This document shows, in pieces, positions 26,204 through 35,221 of a stretch of DNA of 64,000 nt. The translations under genes were made by a program, and so were the position numbers. Source of the stretch: an uncultured Verrucomicrobiae bacterium (lineage in GTDB: Bacteria > Verrucomicrobiota > Verrucomicrobiia > Chthoniobacterales > Chthoniobacteraceae); assembly GCA_963836755.1 (NCBI GenBank), contig CAWIKF010000002.1, forward strand, positions 128,001-192,000, written 5' to 3'. Position 1 is the stretch's first letter; the number at the start of each line of letters is the position of its first letter. The notes under the pieces were generated by a model. That model made no database searches, had not been told where the DNA came from, and was given only the letters and a program-made list of their open reading frames with translations.

Positions 26204-29087
26204 AAATCCTGATCGTCGACGAAAACTCAGCAATGATCGGCTCGCTTTTGCCGTTGCTAAAAAATACGCCAGGCAACGAAGTGCGCGCCGCGAACAGCGG
26301 AGAAAAAGCGCTCGAGGCCGCAGCGCAATGGCAGGGCGTGGATCTGCTGATCACCGAGGTTTTCATGGAGCCGATGAACGGCTTCACGCTGCGGAACAAG
26401 ATGCGAAACCGCTTCGGGACGAAGACCATTTTTTTCAGCAAACACGATCTCACCGACTATGCCGAGCACGTCGAAGATGCGGCGACGCTGCGCAAGCCGG
26501 TGAAGGGCAATGAACTTTTCGCCGCTATCGCAAAAACTTTTGCACCAGCTCCTCAAGCACCGGTTGAAGCGAAAGCCGCGACCCGGAGTGAACCTCCGGC
26601 ACCAGCTGCGCAGCCCCGCCCGCCGCCTCGCAACCTCCGGCTATTGCGCAGCCTGCTGCTGCTCCGGTCGTCGCGCCCGTTCCTCCGACGCCGGAAACGA
26701 AAGCTCCTCCTGCGATTATTTCACCCATCGCTGCGCCAAACACGCCCACGACTCCGGCCCCGATGGCAGGTCCCGCCCCGGCCCAACCATTCACACCGCT
26801 AACACCCGTGCTGAAACCGAATGCGGCCCCGTCGGTTCCGCAGCCGGTCGCTGTTCCAAAACCGGCCGCCGCGACGTCAAAGATTGATCCGCAGCCCGAG
26901 CAGCCAAAAACCGTCTCGTCGCCGACTCCGGTCGCAAGGGCTGTTGCTCCTCCCGCCTCATCGCCGCCACCAGCTGCAAAATCTCCTGCGGCTGCTACGC
27001 AAAAAATTTCCGTAGCCTCAGTTCCTAATCCGGTCGCTGCGCAAAACTCGACGCCTCCGCCAGCGGCTGCGCCGACCACTCCGCCGCAAGCTGTCGCGAA
27101 CCCAGTGCCGACTGTCATGCCAAAAGTTTCCGCGACGCCGGCCGTTCCCAATGTTGTGGCCGCGCCAAAACCAGCTGTCAGCGCGACTCCGTCGGCGATG
27201 CCGAAAATCAATCCGCCACTCGCGCAACCAAAAGCGGTGAGCTCGCCAACGCCAGTTGCGAGAGCCGCGACGCCGCCAGCGGCTTCTCCGCCACCTGCCT
27301 CAAATCCAGTTCCGAGGGCGACGCCCAAAGTTTCTGCGACGCCGGTCGCCACGCCGAAAGCCACGCCGCCCTCTGCGCAGCCACGCGCCGCCGCGCCTGT
27401 TGCCGCGAAAGGTTTCACACCACCGACCGCAGTTTCAAAACCTTCCGTCGCACCGAGACCGGCCGCGCAACCTGTCGTCGCAAAAACTGTAACTTTGACG
27501 CCAAAAGCCGCGGAAGATCCGCTGGTGGGGCAGACGCTCGGGGCTTACAAAATCGTGCGAAAACTCGGCGAGGGAAAATGGGGCGCGGTTTACGAAGCCG
27601 ATCAAACTGCGATGGGCCGTCTCGTCGCGATGAAAATTCTTTCGCCGGAACTCGAGCAGCAGCCGGAGGCGAAAAAGCGTTTCATCGGCAATGCCAGTGC
27701 GAAAGCAAACGTGCAACATCCGTTCATCCTGTCGGTCTACGAGGCGGGCGAAGCGGACGGGCACTGTTATTTCACGCACGAGTATGTCGAGGGCGAAAAT
27801 CTGGCGCAGCTCGCCGCGCAAAACCGGACGGTGGATGAACCGACCGCGCTGCACACGATGAAGGTCGTCGCCGAGGCGCTCTCGTCTTTAAACCAGCAAA
27901 AAATCGCGCACGCGCTTCTGAAGGCGAACAATATTTACATCGGCACGGACAAGCGCCCGCGTCTTTCGAATCTCGCGACGCACGATGGCGACACGCCAAA
28001 CATGCAGCACGAAATTTTGACGCTAGGACAAGCCGTGTCCAATGTTCTGCCGAACAAGCGCGCGACGGCGCCGGGGTTGCAAGCAATGCTCAAGCGGATG
28101 CAGACGCCGGGGCAAAACGGCTTTCTGTCGTGGGTGGCGCTGTTGCAGGCGGTGAAAGCGCTGGAGCCGAAAGTGATGCCGGTGGATGCATTCAAACTCA
28201 CCGCGCAGGACGAGGCGGCGATCCGCGCGGTCGAGAACGCGCGGAAAAAACAGCGGATGTCGATCATCTACAGCTCGATCACCGCGCTGGTGCTCGTGGT
28301 CATCACGGGCGTGGTTGTCTACCGGACGTTCTTTACTTCCAACGAACGGATGGAGCTGGAAAAAATGCTGCCGGTGCCCGCTGGCGAATTCATTTACCAG
28401 GACGGGCAGAAAGCTTCGACGAATGCTTTTTGGATGGATCAATACGAAATCACGATCGGCCAATACGCGAAATTTCTGGAATACCTGAGAGCGCATCCGA
28501 CGACACAATTCGACAGCCCGAAGCAGCCTGCCGGGAAATCGCACGTGCCGAAGGACGACGTGACCTGGAGCATTTACTACGGCCGCGCGCGCGCCGGCAA
28601 ACCGGCAAACAATACGCCGATCGACTTGAACTGCCCGGTCTTCAACGTCGATTACTGGGACGCCTACGCCTACGCGAAATGGAGAGGCCATCGGCTGCCG
28701 ACGGAGATCGAGTGGGAAAAAGCCGCGCGCGGCACCGACGGCCGCATTTATCCGTGGGGCAACGAGCTCGACATGAAACGCTTTGACGGAAACGCCGACT
28801 ACGTCGAACGGCCAGGCCCTGAGACGAAGGCGACGAGCGATGGATATTGGTGGTGGTGTCCGGTCGACGCGAAGCCAGGTGACAAAAGCCCCTACGGCAT
28901 CGTCGGCATGGCCGGCAACGTCAGCGAATGGACCGACACATGGATTGACGACAAATTTCCCGTCATCCGCGGCGGCAATTTTCACTCGCCCGATTGGAAG
29001 GTGACGAAGCGAGTCACCGGCGCATACCCAAACACGTTTAGCGAATATCTCGGGTTCCGCACCGTGAGCGATACGCCCCCGAAATAA
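26200..29087 (+). CDS. Receiver-like domain + Pro/Ala linker + Ser/Thr pseudokinase + TM + FGE-sulfatase (SUMF1/EgtB/PvdO) domain; 1-nt frameshift at about 26614-26617
   Basis: MKILIVDE..DLLITE..RKP receiver from ATG 26200; GEGKWGAV, VAMK; RLPTEIEWEKAARG, GMAGNVSEW, LGFR. Adding one C to the C4 run joins the two ORFs. Confidence 0.8.
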
Positions 29088-29141
29088 CGCGCCCAGAGGA
29101 AGTCGCTCGCAAGTTTTTGGATTTGTCGTAAGTTCGCGCCC

Positions 29142-30023
29142 ATGTCTGCCCGCCGCCTCCTCCTTTGGTGCGCCTTGTCTTTGGCCGCCGCGTCCGCTCA
29201 TGCGCAGTTGCAGGTCAAAATGACGATCCCGCGCCATCTTTATATGGCGTATGAGCCGATCATCACCACGGTCTCGGTGACAAACCTCACCGGCCACGAC
29301 GTGATGCTCGATGAGGTCGATGCGCAAAAATGGTTCAGCTTTCAAATCGTCACCGGCGACGGCAGCCTCGTCCCGCCGCGCGATCCGAATTACCAATTGT
29401 CGCCGCTCCTCGTTCCCGCTGGCCAGACCGTCAAGCGCAGCGTCAACCTCGTCACGCTTTATCCGGTCAATGACTTTGGACTTTACCGCATTAAAGCCAG
29501 CATCTACCTGCCCGAACTGCACCGCTATTTTTCCTCGCCGATGACCGGCGTCGAAATTAGCGAAGGTAAAACGATGTGGCAACAGACGGTAGGCGTGCCC
29601 GAAGGTCAGCCCGGAGCCGGCAGCTACCGGCTTTTCACCCTGCTCAGCTTCCGCCAGACAAAGGACAACATGCTCTACGTCCGCGTCGAAGACAAAGACG
29701 GCAGCTCCGTTTACGCCACCTATCCGCTAGCGCATCTGCTCACCTCCACCGAACCGCAAATCCAGCTCGACGCGCAGAACCGCCTCCATGTGCTCCAGCT
29801 CGTCGGTCCTAAAACCTATACCTACTCACGCATTGGCGTGAATGGCGAGTGGCTCGGCCAAACCACTTACAGCGAGCTCAAAACTCGGCCCAATTTGCGT
29901 CATCTCGCGAATGGCGACGTCGCGGTGGCTGGCGGCAAAATTGAAGTGCCTGTCGCAACCGCCGCGAATAACCCATCGATTCCAAAACTCTCTGACCGTC
30001 CGCCGGGAATGCCCGCGCAGTAA
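29142..30023 (+). CDS. Exported hypothetical protein (beta-rich)
   Basis: Signal peptide ending AHA; clean 293-aa ORF in gene order. Confidence 0.8.
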   Translation: MSARRLLLWCALSLAAASAHAQLQVKMTIPRHLYMAYEPIITTVSVTNLTGHDVMLDEVDAQKWFSFQIVTGDGSLVPPRDPNYQLSPLLVPAGQTVKRSVNLVTLYPVNDFGLYRIKASIYLPELHRYFSSPMTGVEISEGKTMWQQTVGVPEGQPGAGSYRLFTLLSFRQTKDNMLYVRVEDKDGSSVYATYPLAHLLTSTEPQIQLDAQNRLHVLQLVGPKTYTYSRIGVNGEWLGQTTYSELKTRPNLRHLANGDVAVAGGKIEVPVATAANNPSIPKLSDRPPGMPAQ

Positions 30024-30111
30024 GGTTTCGCGGGCAAGTCGGGGAAATGGTTGACACATCCGGGCGCTGACCGGAAGATGCGGCGCCCGTCCGCGCCGGA
30101 CGCGCTTTTTC

Positions 30112-30708
30112 ATGAAAAATCGTTACGCAATTTTTCTGTTCCTTTGGATCGCTCTCACCTCGTCCGCGTTCGCCAGTTTTTCCACCGTCGTCATTGACGC
30201 GGGCCACGGAGGCCACGATCGCGGTGGCATTCCCGGCCAGCGCGCCTCGGAAAAATTTGCTACGCTCGATGTCGCGCGCCGTCTCCAGGCCAATCTTCAA
30301 GCGGCCGGCCTTCACACCGTGATGACTCGCAGCAGCGACACTTTCATCTCGCTGCCGCAGCGCGTTGCGACCGCCAATGCACAGCGAAATGCCGTTTTCG
30401 TCAGCATCCATTTCAATGCCGCCACACGCGCCGGCGCCTGCGGATTTGAAACCTATTATAACTCGCGCCGATCCGCCTCTCTCGCCGCGCGCCTTTATTC
30501 GAAGCTAGTTCGCGCCTGGCCGAGCGTGAATCGAGGCGTGTTTGTCCGAGGCTTTTACGTGATCCGCAAAACGCGTATCCCGGCAGTTTTGTGCGAGTGC
30601 GGTTTCCTCACCAATCCGCACGAAGTCTCGCTCATCGCCCAACCCGAGATCCGCCAGCGCATCGCCGATCTGCTCGCGCAGGGGCTCATCGGACAAAGCA
30701 CGCGCTGA
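30112..30708 (+). CDS. N-acetylmuramoyl-L-alanine amidase (Amidase_3), catalytic domain only
   Basis: VIDAGHGGHD, EK, SIHFNA, LCECGF; signal peptide. Confidence 0.93.
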   Translation: MKNRYAIFLFLWIALTSSAFASFSTVVIDAGHGGHDRGGIPGQRASEKFATLDVARRLQANLQAAGLHTVMTRSSDTFISLPQRVATANAQRNAVFVSIHFNAATRAGACGFETYYNSRRSASLAARLYSKLVRAWPSVNRGVFVRGFYVIRKTRIPAVLCECGFLTNPHEVSLIAQPEIRQRIADLLAQGLIGQSTR

Positions 30709-32174
30709 TGCTCGTTTCCGCCGACGAAATGCGCGCGCTCGAGCAAGCCGCGTTTGCGGCGGGAACGACCGCGGATGAGCTGATGGAGCGGGCTGGCGAG
30801 CAAATCGCACGAGCAGTCCGCCAATTTTTTCCGTCTCCTGGCACTGCGGAAATTTTTTACGGCAAAGGCCACAACGGCGGCGATGCGCTCGTCGCCGCGC
30901 GTCATCTCGCGCAGTCAGGCTGGCAAATAAATTTGCACACGCCCGAAAAGGATCGCGAAAAATTAACCGAGCTGACGCGCCAAAAACTCGCAGCGCTCAA
31001 ACTCGCGGATCAAAGTTTCGCGCCCGATCCGCACATCGTTTTGGACGGGTTGCTTGGCATCGGCGCGCGCCTCCCATTGCACGCGGAACTGCGCGAATGG
31101 ACGCGTGCGATCAATGATCTTCGACAAAATGAAAGCGCCAGCGTCGTCGCGATCGACATCCCGACCGGACTCGACGCCGACACCGGCGAAGCTGATCCCG
31201 ACTGCGTCGTCGCCGATTTCACGCTCGCGATCGGCCGCGCAAAAAAGGGATTGGTCGCCGACGGCGCGACCAATTTCGTCGGGCGCCTCGCCCTTCTTCC
31301 GCTCGCGGAACTTGCATGCGCGAGCGAAGGCGACGAGCTCGCCACCGCCGCGCAACTTTCGCCGCTTTTGCCGCCACGGAAATTCGAATCCCACAAAAAT
31401 AGTTTCGGCCACATCGCGATTCTCGCCGGTTCTCTCGGCTTCACCGGCGCCGCCGCGCTTTGCTCCGAAGGCGCTCTGCGAGCGGGCGCGGGCCTCGTCA
31501 CTCTGTTCGTGCGCGAAGAAATTCAACCAACTTTGACGGCAATCACTTCGCCCGAAATCATGGTGCGCCCGATCGAATCCTATGCCGCAATCCTCGAAGA
31601 AAAATTCGACGTGCTCGCGATCGGCCCGGGTCTCGGACACGCACATGCCGAAGAAATTTTGCACCTCATCGAAAAGTGCAAACAGCCGATGATCGTCGAT
31701 GCCGATGCGCTGAACGCGATCGCCCGGTCTGAAAAAATGGATCTGCTTCTTCGATGCGCCGCGCCCCGTTTGCTCACGCCGCATCCCGGCGAAATGGCGC
31801 GACTTTTTTCCATCGGCACACGCACCCGCCGCGAAATCGTGTGCGACTTTGTCGAAAAATTTCCCATCACACTTTTGCTCAAAGGCGCGCGCACGATCAT
31901 CGGCGAGCGCGGCAAACCGCTCAGCTACAACACAACTGGCACGCCGGGAATGGCAACGGGCGGAATGGGAGATGTGTTGACGGGTGTTTGCGCGGCGCTC
32001 GTTGGTCAAAAACTTTCGCTGTTTGACGCCGCGCGGCTTGGCGCGTGGCTTTGCGGGCGTGCTGCTGAACTCGCGATCCACAATGGCACAGAATCCGAGC
32101 AGTCGCTTGCGGCGATGGATGTGCCGCGCCACATCGGTCAGGCTTTTAAACAGCTAAGAACGAATTGTTTTTAG
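30708..32174 (+). CDS. nnr: Bifunctional NAD(P)H-hydrate epimerase/dehydratase
   Basis: LMERAG, GKGHNGGD, DIPTG, IGPGLG, DADAL, TPHPGE, GGMGDVL. Confidence 0.95.
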   Translation: MLVSADEMRALEQAAFAAGTTADELMERAGEQIARAVRQFFPSPGTAEIFYGKGHNGGDALVAARHLAQSGWQINLHTPEKDREKLTELTRQKLAALKLADQSFAPDPHIVLDGLLGIGARLPLHAELREWTRAINDLRQNESASVVAIDIPTGLDADTGEADPDCVVADFTLAIGRAKKGLVADGATNFVGRLALLPLAELACASEGDELATAAQLSPLLPPRKFESHKNSFGHIAILAGSLGFTGAAALCSEGALRAGAGLVTLFVREEIQPTLTAITSPEIMVRPIESYAAILEEKFDVLAIGPGLGHAHAEEILHLIEKCKQPMIVDADALNAIARSEKMDLLLRCAAPRLLTPHPGEMARLFSIGTRTRREIVCDFVEKFPITLLLKGARTIIGERGKPLSYNTTGTPGMATGGMGDVLTGVCAALVGQKLSLFDAARLGAWLCGRAAELAIHNGTESEQSLAAMDVPRHIGQAFKQLRTNCF

Positions 32175-32180
32175 CGTTCT

Positions 32181-33614
32181 TCATGAACGCGTGTCAGCTG
32201 TTGCTGAAAAAGTTGCCCCATTTTTCAGCAAATATTCTCGCGCGAGTTCTCGCCGGCTGACTTTGCCCCGCTCATTTACGGGAATCTCCGGCACGATCCA
32301 GACATCGCGCGGCCGTTGCCAAGCGCTGAGACTTTTTCGCGCGAACTGCAGCACCTCGGACGCGCTGACATTTCCCGCGACGCACGCCACGGCTTCTTCA
32401 TGACGAAGCGCTGACGGAACGCCGAAAATCACGACTTGTTTAACCCCGGCAAGCGCTGCGATTCGCGCTTCGATCTCCGCCGGGTTCAATTTCCGGCCCG
32501 CGACATTGATCACGTCCGTTGCGCGCCCGACGAGCCGCAAACCGCGAGTGGAGATTTGCACGAGGTCGCTCGGAATGAAGCGCCCGCGGCCGAGCGTTTC
32601 CGCATCGGCGTCGGGAAAATAGCCGTCGCCGACAGCAGAGCTGCGGACTTTGATGCGCACGGCAGCATCGGAACCGAACGAAAAGATGCGCACGTTCTTG
32701 AGCGGCTGTCCGACAAAGCCCTCGGGCTGCTCCAGCTTTGCGCTGGCGTCGTAGCAGATGCCGCCACATTCGGACGCGCCGTAGAACGGATGAATTTTCA
32801 ATCCGAACTTTTCGTGGAATTGGCTGGCGACCGGCTTGGGCAAAGGCGCGCCGGCCGATTGGCAAAGCCGGAGGCGCGGAAGTTTGGGAACATTTCCCAG
32901 TGCCAAAATTTTCTCGAAAAAAACTGGCATGCCCGGGAAAACAGTTGCATCGCTGCGTGCGAGATCGTGCAGGATCGCGCGCGGCATTCGCTCTTCGCTC
33001 GCGACCAGCGCGACGCCACGGCAAAGCAGCGGGGTGAGCAAATTACTGAATCCATACGAGTGCGAAAACGGAATCACGCCGAAATTCACGTCGTCGCGCG
33101 TGATGCCCATCGTCTCGCAAATATTGTCGCAATCCGCAACGAGCTGCTCCGCGCGAAAGCGAATCGCGCGCGGCGCGGAAGTGGTGCCGGAGGTCAATTT
33201 TAAAAAATCGGGCGGCTCGCCGCGCCAGTCCACTGCTTGCTTCGCGAGCTGCGTCCATTGGAAATCGATGCCGTCAAATTCGACTAGTGTCGAGACGCGG
33301 CAGGTCTCGAGCGCGGCGGCGCGCTCGGTCTTTTCCATGTGGCGGCCGAGCGGCAGCGGGATGATCTCGCGCCGGAACGCCGCAAGCAAGAGCGCAGGCC
33401 AGCTCGCGCAATTGCCGATTTGGATCCCCATCACGGAACGCGGCGGAATCGTTTCCAGCATTGCGTCGAGCTCTGCGGCTTCTTTCTCGATCTCGGAAAA
33501 AGTGCGCAGCGACATTCCATCGGTGCCAAGCACGGCGGCGGCGGCGGCAGCGCTGTCGGCCAAAGTTTTTTCCCAACGCAGGAGGATTGCGTTCTTTTTA
33601 TTTGCAGATGCCAT
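32181..33614 (-). CDS. Class I adenylate-forming enzyme (acyl-CoA synthetase family)
   Basis: LTSGTTSAPR, PFSHSYG, YGASE, GRATDVINVAG, GKVSR. Confidence 0.9.
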   Translation of the reverse strand: MASANKKNAILLRWEKTLADSAAAAAAVLGTDGMSLRTFSEIEKEAAELDAMLETIPPRSVMGIQIGNCASWPALLLAAFRREIIPLPLGRHMEKTERAAALETCRVSTLVEFDGIDFQWTQLAKQAVDWRGEPPDFLKLTSGTTSAPRAIRFRAEQLVADCDNICETMGITRDDVNFGVIPFSHSYGFSNLLTPLLCRGVALVASEERMPRAILHDLARSDATVFPGMPVFFEKILALGNVPKLPRLRLCQSAGAPLPKPVASQFHEKFGLKIHPFYGASECGGICYDASAKLEQPEGFVGQPLKNVRIFSFGSDAAVRIKVRSSAVGDGYFPDADAETLGRGRFIPSDLVQISTRGLRLVGRATDVINVAGRKLNPAEIEARIAALAGVKQVVIFGVPSALRHEEAVACVAGNVSASEVLQFARKSLSAWQRPRDVWIVPEIPVNERGKVSRRELAREYLLKNGATFSATADTRS

Positions 33615-33648
33615 CGGGGCAGGTATCTTTTACGTCCTTTTTCGAGCC

Positions 33649-33879
33649 ATGAAAGCAGATATTCATCCCGACTATACCGACTCCACCATCACGTGCGCGT
33701 GCGGCGCGGCCTATCACACGCGCTCGACGCGGCGCTCAATCGCAATCGGCATTTGCGCGGCGTGCCATCCGTTTTTCACCGGTGAGCAAAAGTTCGTCGA
33801 CACGGCTGGACGCGTCGAAAAATTCGCGCGGCGCTTTGGCGGCACCAAGGCGACGCGAGTGAAAAAGACAGCGGCTTAA
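33649..33879 (+). CDS. rpmE: 50S ribosomal protein L31 (zinc-binding CxC/CxxC form)
   Basis: MKADIHPDY..CACG..CAACHPFFTGEQKFVDTAGRVEKF. Confidence 0.97.
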   Translation: MKADIHPDYTDSTITCACGAAYHTRSTRRSIAIGICAACHPFFTGEQKFVDTAGRVEKFARRFGGTKATRVKKTAA

Positions 33880-33896
33880 CGTCCAAAAATTTTGAG

Positions 33897-33935
33897 AACG
33901 GTGATCGCGTGCTAGCGCGGTCACCGTTTTTCTTT
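33897..33935 (+). terminator. Intrinsic terminator between rpmE and prfA
   Basis: 13-bp stem AACGGTGATCGCG/CGCGGTCACCGTT (one G-U) followed by a T-rich tract. Confidence 0.75.
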
Positions 33936-33937
33936 GC

Positions 33938-35017
33938 ATGGATTTCGCCCCACTCATCGCCAAAAAAGAGGAACGCTTCCACGAACTGGAAGCCGTCATC
34001 TCTGCACCGGACTTTTACGCAAACCCGCAGGCGGCGAAGGAAAAAATGCGGGAGCACACGCGGCTGAAAGAGTTGCTGGCGGCGTGGAAGGATTTTGAAA
34101 AGGCGCAGATCGAACTGCGGGAAAGCCAGGAACTCGCGAAGGGCGAGGACGCGGATTTTGCAGAAATGGCGCAGGCGGAAATCCCTCGACTGGAGGAAAA
34201 AATCCGCGCGGGCGAGCGCGCGATTCAGCTCGCGCTTTTACCGCCAGATGCGAATGAGGACCGCGACGCGATCGTGGAAATCCGCGCGGGAACCGGTGGA
34301 AATGAAGCGGCGCTCTTTGCCGCAGACCTTTACCGCATGTATAACAGGTATGCGGAAGCGCACGGATTGAAAATCGAAGAGATGGAAACGAGTCCGTCCG
34401 AGCTCGGCGGGTTGAAGGAAATGATTTTTCGCGTTTCGGGCAACGCCGTTTTTCGGCAATTGCGATACGAGAGCGGCGTGCACCGTGTGCAGCGCGTGCC
34501 GGCGACCGAGGCGCAAGGGCGCATCCACACGAGCACGGCGACGGTGGCGGTTTTGCCGGAGGCGGAGGAGGTTGATCTGGAATTGAAACCGGAGGAGCTG
34601 CGCATCGAGGTCTGCCGCTCCGGCGGTCCAGGCGGCCAAGGCGTGAATACAACCGACTCAGCCGTGCAAATTCTACACATCCCGACGGGCACGATCGTCC
34701 GTTGCCAGGATGGTCGCAGCCAGCAAAAGAACAAGGACAAGGCCTTACGGATTTTACGCTCGCGTTTATTGGAAGTAAAACAACGCGAGGAGGCGGAAAA
34801 GTATGCAGCTCATCGCAAAAGCCAGATCGGCAGCGGCGGCCGCGAGGAAAAAATCCGCACTTATAATTATCCGCAGAACCGCGTCACCGATCATCGGATC
34901 GGCCTCACGCTTTACAATCTCGACCGCTTCGTTGAAGGCGACATCGCGCCCATGATCGAGGCGCTGCAAGCCGGCGACATGCAGGAGCGGCTCGAGGCCG
35001 CGAATCTGCACGTGTAA
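33938..35017 (+). CDS. prfA: Peptide chain release factor 1
   Basis: GGQ motif (SGGPGGQGVN), PAT recognition motif (VPATE), IRTYNYPQNRVTDHR. Confidence 0.97.
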   Translation: MDFAPLIAKKEERFHELEAVISAPDFYANPQAAKEKMREHTRLKELLAAWKDFEKAQIELRESQELAKGEDADFAEMAQAEIPRLEEKIRAGERAIQLALLPPDANEDRDAIVEIRAGTGGNEAALFAADLYRMYNRYAEAHGLKIEEMETSPSELGGLKEMIFRVSGNAVFRQLRYESGVHRVQRVPATEAQGRIHTSTATVAVLPEAEEVDLELKPEELRIEVCRSGGPGGQGVNTTDSAVQILHIPTGTIVRCQDGRSQQKNKDKALRILRSRLLEVKQREEAEKYAAHRKSQIGSGGREEKIRTYNYPQNRVTDHRIGLTLYNLDRFVEGDIAPMIEALQAGDMQERLEAANLHV

Positions 35018-35221
35018 CTTTGACGCGCAAGATTTCGCGCGCGGCAGATGTCTTGTGCTTCGCATTTCGGCGCGAAGATTTTTGGGGAAAAGTTGGAAGC
35101 TGTTCTGAAAATTGTTGCAGCTGCGGGCCATTCCACTATTGGTTTTTACGCGGATTTCCAGCTGCGCGCTTGCACCTAAACTCGGGCGCGCCGATCCACT
35201 TCAGCTTCACCCCCAAATGTT

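Noticed and set aside
28330..29087. Diversity-generating retroelement target (FGE-sulfatase/CLec fold)
   Set aside because: No reverse transcriptase and no template-repeat copy of the 3' end seen in this window; a remote DGR cannot be excluded
28023..29582. Long antisense ORFs (also 5706-6881, 35696-37075, 42832-44286, 44773-46194, 60200-61570)
   Set aside because: Shadow frames of high-GC genes that have clear family motifs on the other strand
32181..33614. NRPS/secondary metabolite cluster
   Set aside because: Lone adenylate-forming enzyme with no carrier, condensation or ketosynthase genes nearby
32836..33648. Long N-terminal extension of rpmE
   Set aside because: Antisense to the acyl-CoA ligase; L31 starts at ATG 33649
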